DNA from: Octopus vulgaris
Taxonomy: Eukaryota
Length of the DNA: 62,000 nucleotides
Assembly (NCBI GenBank): GCA_951406725.2
Contig: OX597817.1
Span: forward strand, 117,944,001 to 118,006,000
Direction: 5' to 3'
The position numbers and the translations under genes were made by a program. Within the stretch, counting starts at the first letter, position 1. Each line of letters begins with the position of its first letter. Shown here one piece after another: positions 41,246 through 55,139 of the stretch. The notes under the pieces are model-generated. The model did no database searches and had not been told where the DNA came from. It saw only the letters and a program-made list of their open reading frames with translations.

Positions 41246-41467
<222 letters not shown>

Positions 41468-42558
41468 AGAGAGAGAGAGAGAGGAAGATAGCTAGCTAGT
41501 TCGATAGATGCATGGATAAATGAATAGATAAATATAGATGTGGCTAGCTTATGGGGTAACCCAGTGTTTCACGTCCATAAAGCGCTTAGCTTATTAGCGT
41601 ATGTTCAGACTCTGAACCTGTTGGCCTGATTTGACCAGGTTTAGGGTCTGAGGAAACTGACCATATCTATCTTTATCTATATATCCTCTGCTGCTCTATA
41701 ACTTAGAGTATGCTTCTTTTTCGGATTCAGGATTTACTGACGATCACCAGCGCACTGCTCACATATACACACATACACACACACACACACATATATACAT
41801 GCACATACTCATACACACACACACGGACACACTCACACACACCCGTACACGCAATCACAGACACACACTCGTACACACATGCCCTCCCATACACACATGG
41901 ACACGCGCACGCATATGTATGCTCATGCTCACGCACAGATAGATAGCAATTTATTCAACATTTATCGAGCATAGAAGACGGTTTAGCTGTCTTTGAGAGA
42001 ACCATTATATGGATGAATGTGTGCGTTTGTGAAGAAAACAAAGAGAAAACCAAAACCGCTATCTTATGTATAAAAAAACTGATATAGTCAGTATTTAAAG
42101 CACACACATTTACGTTTAAACACACACACACATACAGATATACACACACTGACACAATCATCTCTGACAGGTTTCAGATGAATCTCAACGCAGGAATATA
42201 AGTTGAAAACATATGGTGGTACAGCGAGACGTGTCACTGGAGATTGCAAAAATGTGATGAAATAATTATTTGACAAATGAAAAAAAACATGACAACACGA
42301 ACAATACTAAACATGTGAAAGATTTAGCTGTTTGAACAAAATGTTTAACATATGGGTTTGTTAAACTAGTAAAAAAAACGGCTGATCGATAAATTGGTTA
42401 ACGGAGTAACTAAACCATTAATTAACAATAACAATAACGGATCGAACCAGTGCGTGTGTTTATTATTACCGGCATAGTGCTCCTCCCAAGGTTCAGTAGC
42501 ATTTCTTTCAACACACGAATTCACATCAATAATCATGCAAACCGAGTACAAATACGAG

Positions 42559-42632
<74 letters not shown>

Positions 42633-42636
<4 letters not shown>

Positions 42637-43120
42637 TAATATTAAGGGATCAGCAAAAGAAATGCATCACCACATACCGAAGTTCAGAAATAGCAGCCAA
42701 AATCTAAGCCATTTCTTCTACTTAAAAAAAGGTCTACTAGAGAAACCATAATACTTGAATCTTATTCATCCAGGCAAAGGGTATCGTAAAGAAAATCAAT
42801 CAATATCCGATTATCCATAGACGCGCGTTTCGGAATTAAGTTTTAAATAAAGAATATCCAAAAATATAAACTTTACTAACCACATTCCTTCTCAGTATGG
42901 ATTTTCTGCAATAATCCGAAGGTACTAAAACATTAGAACGACTCCTACATTGAAGGAGTTTATATTTTTGGATATTCCTTATTTAAAACCTAATTCCGAA
43001 ACGCGCGTCTATGGATAATCGGATATTGATTGATTTTCGTTACGATACCCTTTTGGCTGCTATTTCTGAACTTCGGTATGTGGTGATGCATTTCTTTTGC
43101 TGATCCCTTAATATTAGTAT
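42633..43120. mobile_element. Penelope-like foldback with hammerhead (family 4)
   Basis: Arm A 42633-42702 pairs with 43051-43120; arm B 42779-42872 pairs with 42957-43050; 76 nt are present only in the left arm. Confidence 0.8.
42813..42902 (-). ncRNA. Type I hammerhead ribozyme with long loop 2 (family 4)
   Basis: ATCCATA-CTGAGAA-GGAAT(47 nt)ATTCC-GAAAC-GCGC-GTC/TATGGAT; 7-bp stem I; core is non-canonical (G8 changed or one base lost). Confidence 0.7.
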
Positions 43121-43122
43121 TA

Positions 43123-43215
43123 CTAGAATTTACCGTATAACGGTCCTGTTTTCATACCGAATTCTACTTGGGAAATTTATTGATTACTTCGTAATTAATT
43201 AGTTTTACTCTTAAT

Positions 43216-43218
<3 letters not shown>
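43123..43218 (-). mobile_element. Helitron-type 3' end fragment
   Basis: Minus strand: ACCGT-TAT-ACGGT hairpin, 5 nt, then CTAG|T. Confidence 0.45.
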
Positions 43219-43250
<32 letters not shown>

Positions 43251-43251
<1 letters not shown>

Positions 43252-44255
43252 TAGTGGAACCCGTGGAAATTCCACAGAACGAAAACGATTGAGAGGAGCT
43301 ATTTAAGAAAGAAAGGATGATTTTAATTTATATTTTTATTTTCATTTTGCTAAGTTATTTCACTTTCAGTCACAATAATATATCATATGATTTTAAAATT
43401 TCTCTCTGCTAAACACTATTTTTCTCTCATTCTCTACCACAAGAACAAACTTTTTAACCGTGTAATTCTTCTTTTCGTATCTTTAACAGTTTCTCTTTTT
43501 CTTCACCTCTCACTTTCACTAACCACATGCGTGACAGCATAATGCATCGGCTGGCTATCTGTTCTATCTTTCTTTCTCACATTCCCTCTTTCCCTCTCTT
43601 AGTCTACCTCCTCCCTCTAATTAACAAATTAAAGCGTAAAGTGTGAAATAACAGGTAGGAGAATAATACTACACATTTAGTTTGATTAAAAAATTGTTCT
43701 CTCTACCAACACACCACCACAATAACCATCATCATTGTCATCACTATGTTTCATTAACAATGCTCGTTTCATTTCATTTCAGATGAGCCATTTTTTTTAT
43801 ATCTACTTTTTCTTGCTGTCAATGTAACTCTATTCTGACAATACAAACACTATCGGCTTCTCTGTCTCTCTTTCTCTCTCTCACTCAGTGTAACTGCCTC
43901 CTTTGTCCATCTCTCTCTCCATCTACCTTTCTTTAACCTTAGCACCAGAACATGACCTTTTGCTACATATTTTATAGTAAATATATTTCTTCCTCTTTAC
44001 CTTTCATTCCCCATCCTACAGTGCGTCGTTAAAACTTCACTTTCCCCCTTTTCTCTCGCCGTCTTTTTCTCTTGCTCATCGTCTCCTCCTTTCAACTAAC
44101 TTCGTAACGTATTTGACCTTATTTCTCAACTCCTTCCTCACTTCTTTCTTCTCTACTCACACTCCTCCCCTCTCTCACGCTTCCTCCGCCTCTCATTCAC
44201 TGTACTTCCACCTCTCGAACTAATTCATTACGGGCGAAAAAACTATCAGATAGTA
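43251..44255 (-). mobile_element. Non-autonomous Helitron-like element (about 1 kb)
   Basis: Minus strand: GTGGA-ATT-TCCAC hairpin 8 nt before CTAG|T at the edge of a (TA)n tract; CT-rich non-coding body; 5' boundary uncertain (about 44250-44265). Confidence 0.55.
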
Positions 44256-44431
44256 TTTATTCTTTATTTTTTTTTTCATTTTATCTAGTTTCAGCTCACG
44301 AGCTGTGGCCATGCTGGGGCACCGCCATTTATATATATCAAGTGTCGAACAGAAAGAACTCAACAAGGAGAAAACTAGAAACTTGATGAAATTTTAACGG
44401 GCAAGAATTTTTGACAAAGACACGATAATTG

Positions 44432-44560
44432 AGTTCTAGATTTAAGAGATGAGGAATTATGTATATTATGTACGTTATTTACAATTGATGGGTATATGGC
44501 GTAGTGGTTAAGAGCGCGGGCTACTAACCGCAAGATTCCGAGTTCGATTCCAGGTAGTGA

Positions 44561-44608
<48 letters not shown>

Positions 44609-44762
44609 CAACAACAACAACACCATCGAAAAAACCTTAGGAATGAGAACCCAGGTTCGAAATTACCCCAAGATACCTGATGAAGGCTTGATGGTATATC
44701 AGCCGAAACGTTTGTTAACAAATAAATGAGTGCAAATATCGCAATTGTAAATAGCGTAAATA
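44432..44762 (+). mobile_element. tRNA-headed SINE with internal microsatellite and hammerhead (family 3), preceded by an inverted copy of its own 3' end
   Basis: A-box TGGCGTAGTGG 44497-44507; B-box GAGTTCGATTCC 44540-44551; (AAT)n(AAC)n 44565-44622; CTGATGA 44677-44683, stem II GGCT/AGCC, GAAACGT 44705-44711. Confidence 0.8.
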
Positions 44763-45584
44763 AAGACACGATAGACAGAATATTCGCAGCTGAGTCTTCT
44801 TTGTCAGTCAATGACAAAAAAATATCATAGTGATTTCACGTCGTTACCATTGAGAACTCCCAGTTTTGCAGCGCCGGTGTTATTATTAAACTACTGGAAA
44901 AGGCTAGCGATTGTATACTAAACCAGAAACAAACAAGTCATAACATAAATGTAACAGACATAGAATTATACATATATAACAGTACGAAGCCTTACAGCTA
45001 TATACAACTGTAGAGAAATAATAATAATCATACATATATCGCAAATACAACAGAAAGAACTTTGCAGCTATCGAACGAACTTTGTAGGGTTGCGTAAAGA
45101 TGAAATGGAGTAAGCCCTAGAGGACGTAGCAGAAACCCAGACCAGCAAAGCGCAGTTTGGTCAAAGGCAGGGCGAAAAAGAACAACACTGCCTTCGCCGG
45201 ACACCTGTCACGTGGTATGGAAGAGGTAGCGTTGCGACGGGGAAAGAGGTGGCGGCAGAGAGGGAACGAAGGACCAGAGGGGTTAGAGAAACAGAGAGAG
45301 AAGTAAAAGGTACAAGGAAGGCAAGCAAGGGTGGAGAATAAGTTAAAGTAAGAGTAGAGGGGGAAAGAGATAGAGTAAGAGGGAAAGAGGGCGAGACAGA
45401 GAGAGAGAGAAAACGAAAAATAAGCGTTGAGACAGGGAAAGATGGGACAGCAGAGAGAGAACAAGGGAGCAGAAGGATTAGAGAAACAGAGGGAGAAGAG
45501 AAGGGTACAAGGGAGGCAAACAAGGGTAGAAAGAGAATAAAGTTGGAGAAACAGATAGAGTAATAGTATAGGTGGTATGTATGT

Positions 45585-45850
45585 ATGTATGTATATGAAT
45601 GTAGGTAGGTAGTAGGTAGGTAGGTAGGTAGGTAGGTAGGTAGATAGGTACGTAGGTACGTAGGTAGGTAGTAGATAGGTAGGTAGGCAGGTAGGTAGTT
45701 AGCTAGGTAGGTTGGTACGTTGGTTGGTAGGTTGTTAGGTATGTAAGCTGTACCCTTTCCATCTGACTCAGAAAAAAGCATTACTAACCTAGTTGTAGCA
45801 CGAAAGGAAGGAAGGAAGGAAGGAAGGAAGGAAGGAAGGAAGGAAGGAAA
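45585..45850. repeat. (GTAT)n, (GTAG)n and (GGAA)n microsatellites
   Basis: Direct reading. Confidence 0.9.
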
Positions 45851-46589
45851 GCACTTTAAGGTGTCATCCATTAAGACAGAAAACGAAAATTAAAGTCTGT
45901 CTTCAACAAAATCTTCAATCGTAAATGCAGAGTAAGAGAAACTGATCTTGGAATAAGTCGCAGTGGAGGTGGTGTCATGTAGAGGAATTGTGTATGAGAG
46001 AGAGAAATATACTATTCTATTCATGCATTCGATCTTTTCAAATTCTAGTAAATTCTCATACGTTTCATACAATTTATTGGTATACTTCTAACATGATATT
46101 TGTGACAACTCCACAGTGATAGTCATTCAGATTAAAGGCAGTATTCGGAATTGATCGAGTTTAATAGTAGCTTCTGTAGATATATTACTGTAGTTTCAAC
46201 AAATTAGATTATTTCAAATCAGATATGATTAATTTATCGATTCTCTTCAGGCTTCGAAACAAACTCCACGTTTATAAACAGAGATATATAGATGGCACAG
46301 ACAGTAAAAAGTTGAAATACATGCTGAACTGTTTGATGTTTCTGACGATGTGGTAGTATATGGTCGACACTAAAATATTGAATAAAGGCAATCTTAGCAC
46401 ATGTAAATACCTATCATGGTAAGAACAAGAGAGAAATGCAAAATAAACTCCTATATGATTGTGTACTGTATCTATAAAAAAAGCATGAATATCTCTGAAC
46501 GCAAGTAAAATGGAGCAAATATATGTAGATGATATTTCTCATTTAAATGGAAATGCTTTTACAGTTATACATATTTTGTCATACATAAG

Positions 46590-46625
<36 letters not shown>

Positions 46626-46732
46626 GTAGGGAGAGAGAGAGAGAGAAAAAGAAAGACAGAGAGAGAAATTGATACAGATAGACAAGCTTGGTCTTGATAT
46701 ACAAGATATACACATATATATATATATATATG

Positions 46733-46763
<31 letters not shown>

Positions 46764-47409
46764 CCATATATATATAAAGAGAGAGAGATAGAGAGAGAGA
46801 GAAAGATAGACATACAGATAGACAGATCCAATAGACAGACAGGGACTGGGCGAGAAACAAAAACAGAAATTATTCGGATGACCACTCATGTATACCCTTG
46901 TAGATCATTGTATATTTATAAAACAAATTTGCATGATGGATAAAGTATAAACAATTCTAAGAGACGAAGCCATAGTAATTCCAGATCTACAGCTGTTTCT
47001 GAGGGCTTGGAATTCCGTAATTGTTGTACTGCTCAGAATTAAGAAATTCAAGGATATGCAACCAACAGAGGATGCATATAAGCGTCGCCGTAAAACTGGC
47101 CTCCATTGTCAGGGTGGGAAGATGGATTGTGTGGGTTAAATTACCTTGACTTTTCCTCTTATATGTTGCTCTCAATGTAAATGTGTTTTGTAAACATAAA
47201 TAACTACATATTTGAATATTTTCAGTTGTTGCCACCCACTACATATAAATCCCTATATGTTTTTACATGAGTCTATTTTACATATCAAGCACATGCATGT
47301 ATCTCTGCATCACTGTCTCCATATTTGATCACTTAGAATTTTCTTGTAGCTAGTTATCGACTTCACTACAGCGCAATGATTTATAAAAAATATGAGAAAG
47401 TTTTGTTAG

Positions 47410-47515
47410 ACCATGAGCTGACAGAATCGTTAACTACGCCGGAAAAAATGATTGAGCATCGTTTCGTCTGTTTTAACGTTCTGAGTTCAAATTCCACCGA
47501 TATTGGTTTTCATAC
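47410..47515 (+). mobile_element. SINE family B head fragment
   Basis: GAGCTGACAGAATCGTTAAC..GAGTTCAAATTCC. Confidence 0.7.
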
Positions 47516-47519
47516 TCGT

Positions 47520-47970
47520 CTAGATGTTGTACCCACATTGATCATGGAATACGAAATGGTCGACGACTCCCTGCTCCAGAGCTCTTGGATCATTTTTTGC
47601 ATCTGGGATGTCTTCGATCAACGTCATAGTTATCAATATCCGATCTAGAGCTCGTGAAACTGCAGACACGGAAGCAGGTAGCATTCTGGGTAATGCTGCC
47701 TCTAAATCCCTATCCGTCTGTTGAATGGTTGCAAGTGAGTTGGCATCAATAATCACCCGAAGCTTGACTCGCATTTCCTCATAAACCTTAACGCGGTGAG
47801 CACCTCCTCTGGGCAACTTGTAGCTCCTCCCAGACCGTAGTAATGTCGCTACTATGGATCGCGTACAACTCCTTTTAATGCCAAGTGTGTCTGCCAGTTG
47901 CCGGTAATCGGTTTGATGCCCCTCGAAGGTCTCAACCACACTTGCCCTATCGTCTACCGATATATGCATG
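47520..47970 (-). pseudogene. IS630/Tc1-like transposase N-terminal half
   Basis: HTH-like YRQLADTLGIKRSCTRSIV, LPRGG, second HTH SVSAVSRAL, ending at FVFHDQCGYNI (resembles FIDECG, first catalytic D). Confidence 0.7.
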
Positions 47971-48879
47971 TACCTTCCGCGTGACTGCATGATTACAATT
48001 TGGTGTATGAGAAACGGATATAAAACGCAACTAATACCGACCAGTTCGTGGACAGAAGAATGACGTAATTTATTTCTTCCGGGTAGCTATAACAGCATAA
48101 TAATATTATTTAATCTTTCATTTTTAACATTTACTTCTTAGAATGTGAGTAAAACAGAGATGTAAATTTAATGAACTTATTTCCGAACTTGAATGCTCAT
48201 ATGCGAAAAGATGCTTCCTCTCATTGCGAGTAATTTGAAAACTCCCGACGGGCATTTTATATAGAAATGCTAAAGTAAATGCTAAATTCTTTGCTCGCGA
48301 AACTGATGACTAAATTCTTGTACCAATTTCTTTTTCGCGACTTTGAATAACCTGATTACCAAAGTTAGTGACAAACGTACTATCATAACTGCAAAAACCT
48401 AAATTTTTTTAATGTTCCGGTTAAACCTTGATTTCATCACACATTGTCTAAAATTCTTGTGTGTGTGTGTGATCGTATTTTATCTGCGTCTATGTAAATT
48501 CGTGTGCAAACGTAACGAAATGGTTGCGGATATATGTTTGTGTGTATAAGATATAATCTCATAACGTGCATTTCGAAAGTCCTATAGGGTTACAGTAGGA
48601 TTAAGCTTTTTACAGGAAATACATGTGGAAATCCATTAGTGTATGCAGAGTTTACATAAAAATTACAAAACAAGAAAAAGTACATGGGGTCCAGCAGTGC
48701 TGTCAAGGCCATTCATTAGATGATATGCAGGTACGCAGCTTCAACTGGAACATCCATTTAGACAATATTTATGCAACAATATAATATAGCAAACTTAGCA
48801 AGTAATAGCAATTACCAATGCACAGAAACAACTGTGGTAATTACTTATTAATGTCTGATCATTCCATCTTCTCGTTATA

Positions 48880-48988
<109 letters not shown>

Positions 48989-49490
48989 GTTGTGTGTATA
49001 TGAGGTCTCAGGTATGAGTATGATCGTATGCCACATAGATACGGTATAATGTATTGTTTATAAAACAAAATATTATGCACACATACAGTGAAAGAGAGAG
49101 ACAGAACTAGAGAGACAGAGACAGAGAGGCAGAGAAAGTGATAGGTAAAGAGTGGTAGAATAAAATGAAGGAACAATAAATAATACTTCTTCTACAAGAT
49201 AATGCAAGGGAAAAAAGTAAACTTGCCATAAATCTTTAGCAATGGGATTGCGGATTATATATCAAGGGGAAAATAAATGCGTTGCTACCGTATAACTTCC
49301 TGCTGAACGTTAGGTAAAGCTTGCATGACAGTAAGCAGGTATATGGAGTGTTTTCCTATATAAATGTGTGGTAATATATTATCGAAAATTATGATTAAGA
49401 CTTTCCTTTATATGCGAGTGTGTGCATGTCTGTGTGTGTGTGCGGCGTGTACGCGCGTAAATGTGTATGTGTGTGTGTGTCTGTGTGTGT

Positions 49491-49565
<75 letters not shown>

Positions 49566-50436
49566 AAAAGTTGCGGTACATTATAGATTAATCTTTTCAG
49601 AAATGTATTCAAAATTTTACTTTTAGCTTTAGGTAACATTACCAAGGATAAAATTAGGAATTCAAATTCACTGAAGTGACAATGAAGGAACTCTAAAAGG
49701 CATGTCATCATTTCACTAAGTTCATATATTGTTTCTGAAATAAATGGCAATGGTTTGATATATTTTCAAGTAAACCCCAATTAGTTGCCGTTTATTTCGA
49801 GATTACTGTTTGTTAAACTATGCGAAAGAGAAATATGTAAATAAACAGATCAACATACAGACGGATAGGTACATAGGTTACAAGAACAGACACATATAGA
49901 GACACGGATCCACACATATAAAGATGCACATCCATACATACAAACATGGTACGTAGCTACATAACACACATACAGATATGCACACACAAGGAGACAGAGG
50001 TGCATACATATGCAAACACATGCTCACACACACATACATAAAAAATACACAAACACGGACAGGCAAGCACATAAATATGCAAGATACGTACATAGAAATG
50101 CACACACATACATACATATGCATATACACACATATATACATACATACACATACAAACACACACACATACATACGTACATGCATGCATGCATGTATAGGCA
50201 CACACACACAGACAAACCTACACACATGCGCACAAACAAACAAAATAACGGCCTGAGTCAAGACTATTGAAAGGACCACAGATGAGATCACAGAAGTGTG
50301 ACGAAAGAACTCTGGCCGAAATAAGATTAAGATTAATGTAAAAATTAAATAAACAAAGCTGAAGCAACTTAACACCAAATATATATTGCGTGTGTTTTTA
50401 TTGGCTAAACTGGCAACATGACCGTTCCTAAATACG

Positions 50437-50484
<48 letters not shown>

Positions 50485-51764
50485 GAAATTATTGTATACA
50501 GTGCTCAGATGTATCACAACTTGTCAAAAGTTCGTATAAAACATATGCAGTAATGTAGAAATGTCTGAAAACTGAACAGTGTATGAGCCAGATACTTGCG
50601 TGTAAGTGGGCAAAGAAAACGAAAGAAAAGGGAACTCATCACACTTAGTATGGGTTATGCATTATTACTTAAGACAGAATCAAGCTATTTTGAGAAATAC
50701 ACCCACACACACTCGCACGCACACACATACACACACACACATATGCAATTTACCATGACTTTCAGTCTACACACATATGTATGTTCCACCTGATACACTA
50801 TCTATAGGATACCCATATATGGAGAGTTGAGCTCTTATGAGAAAATGAAACGTCACTCACACTCGGATATACTCTGTAAGAAATCACTCTGACGGGTACA
50901 TTCCTTCTCAACTACTGTCCTTAAAACATCATTGATTCCTTTCCTATTACTGTTACATATCAATAAAGAAATCGAATGTATTGACAATAATATATGCGTT
51001 TAATGGAGTCTAAATATGTATTCTTAGCATGTAGTTGAATATACTCCCCAGTCCATATTTTAAACACGTCAATGTCAGTTATGATTTATGAGCATCACCC
51101 CATTTCTGCATGGAATAACGCCAATATGTCATCAAGTTTATATCAAGGATCATCTTATTATAACGTAAAAATTAGAATATTAAGTAGAATCCATGCGAAA
51201 AATTTCATGCGCAAACTATATTGTGATACATTAAAGGAACCGCTTGCGACACATTAATTACAATTTTGCAATTATTTCACTGTTTCTTTTTTTTTCTGTA
51301 GCGTTCATACGAGGGCTATTATTCATTTTACATACATCCTATCATTTTTGAGATTAATGTGTACATTAATAATCATAGAGACCAGAAACACACCACATAG
51401 ACACAATATTCATATAATAATGCATCGTTAATATCTGATTATATATGGGGATATTTTATGAGCTTACAGAGGAGTACTTAACAAAAGCGATATTTTGCGC
51501 AGTGATATGCATTTATCATCTAATTTCTTTCTTCTTTGAAATACGTATTTTTGAAAAAACTAAATTTAACAAATATACGCTCAATTTAATTGCAGACATT
51601 TCGTTTCTTTACACCTCTGAATTTCTAATGGTATAAAACACAAATATCACCTGGTATGGAGTCGGTGGTGAAGAAAATGCCGAAGGCTTATATTGTTTGT
51701 TTTCATAGCAATAATCTTTAATAGCTTATGGTGTCATCAACCATTTAATATTCGCTAGTGTAAG

Positions 51765-51965
51765 GAGGCGGATTGGCAAGAATCATAAGCAAGTTGGACA
51801 AAATGCTTAGCAGGTTTTCGTCCGTCCTTACGTTCTGAGTTCAAGTTCTGCCGAGGTCGACTTTGCTTTCAATCATTTCGGTGTCCAGTTAAACACTGAG
51901 GTCGATGTAATAAACTTACACCTTCCCACAAAATTATTGGCCTTGTATCAAAATTTGAAATCAAT
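51765..51965 (+). mobile_element. tRNA-derived SINE (family B)
   Basis: Collinear with 24858; GAGTTCAAGTTC B-box. Confidence 0.8.
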
Positions 51966-53511
51966 ATCAGTACAAAGTGTCAATGTATTTAGATACTAAT
52001 TTTCTGGCGCAAATGAATGACAGAATCTTCCGATGACATTTTGTAAGCCTTCTAGGAACTTATCTTTAGGGGTGAAATTTTAGAGAACGGGCAAGAGGGG
52101 ACTCAACTAAATATATATAATTGCGAAGTGGGGGTAATGAACTGAATAATGGGTTAAGAACGTCGTTCGGTTCACCAATCCTACAAGGGACAATCTGATT
52201 AGCTTACGCAGTTTCCATACAGATTCCGTTCGCCAACATTATTTACATTCATTAGGTTGACACAATCTATGACAGAAGACATTTTCCCAATTTGCCGCGA
52301 CGAAATCATGAACCCATACTGCAAATCAAATATATTAAATACAATAACAAACCTATTCCCATTATAAATGGTTAAGAAGAATATCCATTCATTATGTTAA
52401 ATTAACGATTTTAGGTATAATAAACATTTGAATTTTACAAGCCAGTTTCAGGGTCATAGAGAAAATGTTCTCATATGTTCGTTATATATATATATAAATC
52501 TATTGAATTATGCATTGTAAACTATATGATGACATAATGAATGTTTAATTTTTAGATGAAATAACGAGACACTTGAAGACAACAAGACGCTGGAGCCAGC
52601 GATCACAAATCTCCATAGTTGCTCGACCGGCATTCATTGGAGATGCATATTTTGTTTTGAAAATCTCATTTTCGAACTGTTTTCAATAAAGAAGAGATGG
52701 TTCAGGATGTTGTATTCTTGAATACAGTTAACCCAGTAAATTGAAACAGAAACCAACTACAGTTCCTCAATAAAAAAGCACATATGACTACATTGTTAAA
52801 AGGTCCGCTTCACTCATATTGCTTCAGGTTCAATTCTAGTGCGTTGCACTTTGAGCAAGTACGAGCATATGTACAAGTCGCGTCAACGAATATTTTGCGG
52901 TCGAATCTGGTAAACGCTAACGGTGCGCAAAAATATTATATGTGAAAATATGTGTATATATGCATTTATGTTAGTATGTTGCTTAACTGCCGTATTTCTA
53001 GTGTCAGAATATTTCCTTCAATTTTGTCCTATTTGTACTCCTACAACTAAACGCACTTTTGTAATAAATGCATCCGCTTTGCTATTGCTTCGTATGCTTA
53101 CTTTATCCTCACCATCACAACTGTCATAATCATCATTCCCACATTTATCATTGACATCATCACAATCATCTCTATTATCTTCAACTCAATTTCTGTCCTT
53201 ATTGTTTCTTCCACCATCAGAGTTATTCCATTCTTAGCAGTAACATCACAATTATCATTGTCACCATTATCGTCTCTACAGTCACTATACCTGCCTTTAC
53301 TTACTTAACTGCCCATAACTATATAACGACTACTTTTATAAATCAGTTCTTGATATGTTCTCGTACGGATGACGATGAGCTTTGTTTGATCGGTGTTTTA
53401 ATAACACAAAAAACATATTTTCAATGAATCATATGCTAATTTATACATACAGAACGATAAATGGATAGAAACAAACACACACACACATATACATGTACTA
53501 ATATATATATA

Positions 53512-53925
53512 CTCTTTACTCTTTACTCTTTTACTTGTTTCAGTCATTTGGCTGCGTCCATGCTGGAGCACCGCCTTTAGTCGATCAAATCGACCCCGGA
53601 ACTTATTCTTTGTAAGCCCAGTACTTATTCTATCGGTCTCTTTTGCCGAACCGCTAAGTGACGGGGACATAAACACACCAGCATCGGTTGTCAAGCAATG
53701 CTAGGTGGACAAACACAGACACCCCCCCCACACAAATACACACACATATATATATATACATATATACGACAGGCTTCTTCCAGTTTCCGTCTACCAAATC
53801 CACTCACAAGGCATTGGTCGGCCCGGGGCTATAGCACAAGACACTTGCCCAAGGTGGCACGCAGTGGGACCGAACCCGGAACCATGTGGTTGGTTAGCAA
53901 GCTACTAACCACACAGCCACTCCTG
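53512..53925 (-). mobile_element. Full-length composite SINE (family A)
   Basis: Reverse complement of 24397-24803. Confidence 0.9.
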
Positions 53926-55139
53926 TACGTATATATACGTACGCACATTGATAAATACGTACACACATATCTACACACGTACACATTTATACTTCCGATA
54001 TTTTACCACAACACAAAAGTTAACGAGTAAAATATCTTTAAGGAATTACGCACACGCTGCTATCGCTGCTTGTCAACATATGCAACACTTAAGAAGACAT
54101 CGGAAATGAAATTGTGTGTTTCCCAGCAATCAGCTTCTGTGTCGCTCATCTGCAATTTTCTGAAGCAAAGAAACACACCAACAAAAGAACACTTCCAAGA
54201 TGTCAGCATTATCTCATCTTGATTCCTTTAGATGTAAGCGATAGTAACGTGTTATTAAACACACATACTTAAAATATACGCTTCGTGTATTTTCCCGTGA
54301 ATTCAATACCCTGGTGGAGTATATACACTCTCAATGCACCCGAGTCATGGACAGGCGAGGTAATTCGCCTTCAACCCCATAGGAAAGGGATGAACATCCA
54401 TGTTTTTGTCATTTTTGTGGCTTAGCAACATCACGTATCCCCCAGGAAAGAAAGCAAGACACCTAGGCAGTCCACGACTTACAGGCTCGTGGCTTGTAAA
54501 ACCATGTTCTGGCATGCCGGAAATTGCGTGTTTTGCGATATTATCATCCTAGAGCTGCTTTTATTTCATAGGTAACAAAATAATTCTCAAGATTTGAATC
54601 TGACTGAGCAGAGATGTGAAGACCATGTCAATGCAATCTTACCAAAACAACAAGTATTTTATAAATGTTTTGACGTCAGGTGGTACTTAACACATATTCT
54701 TGAGGGTGACTAAAGCAAGAAAAAATAATGAAGAAGATAGAGACGTATCAATGGCTTCCTGTCGGCTTAACAGAGATAAATGAAATGTTACAATTAAGAT
54801 ATACATAATCTTCCCCTACATTCAGCTGCTCCGGCATTGTTGTCTGCAAAACATTGAAATATCGGTTACATATATAAAAAAATCAACGACACGGAAATGT
54901 ACTTCGGTTTCAAAACACATTAATGATAATTATCCCTTTTGAAATATTTTCTTCAGAGATCTAAACAGAAATCAGTTAATTGAATATGCACATACACTCA
55001 TTTTCTCGGGCTTATACAGCTGGACGTAATTGATGATACTCTCATAATCTTTGTGTAATAAAGAGAAATACATGAAGCAATAAATATATAAATATTTTGC
55101 ATTCTCTCTCAAATGCTTCGTTCAGAGTTTCCACATAAC

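Noticed and set aside
44490-44563. tRNA-like sequence considered as a tRNA gene
   Set aside because: Acceptor stem does not pair and it runs into a repeat body; it is a SINE head
45117-45871. 236-aa and 115-aa ORFs; GA-rich repeats about 197 bp apart
   Set aside because: Low-complexity sequence and microsatellites; no recognisable domain
46988-46999. Minus-strand GAAACAGCTGTA, identical to the family 1 helix III
   Set aside because: No matching core or stem II upstream; at best an isolated remnant
48294-48340. CTGATGA between TCGCGAAA and TTTCGCGA inverted ends
   Set aside because: GAAA lies upstream of the core; no hammerhead topology
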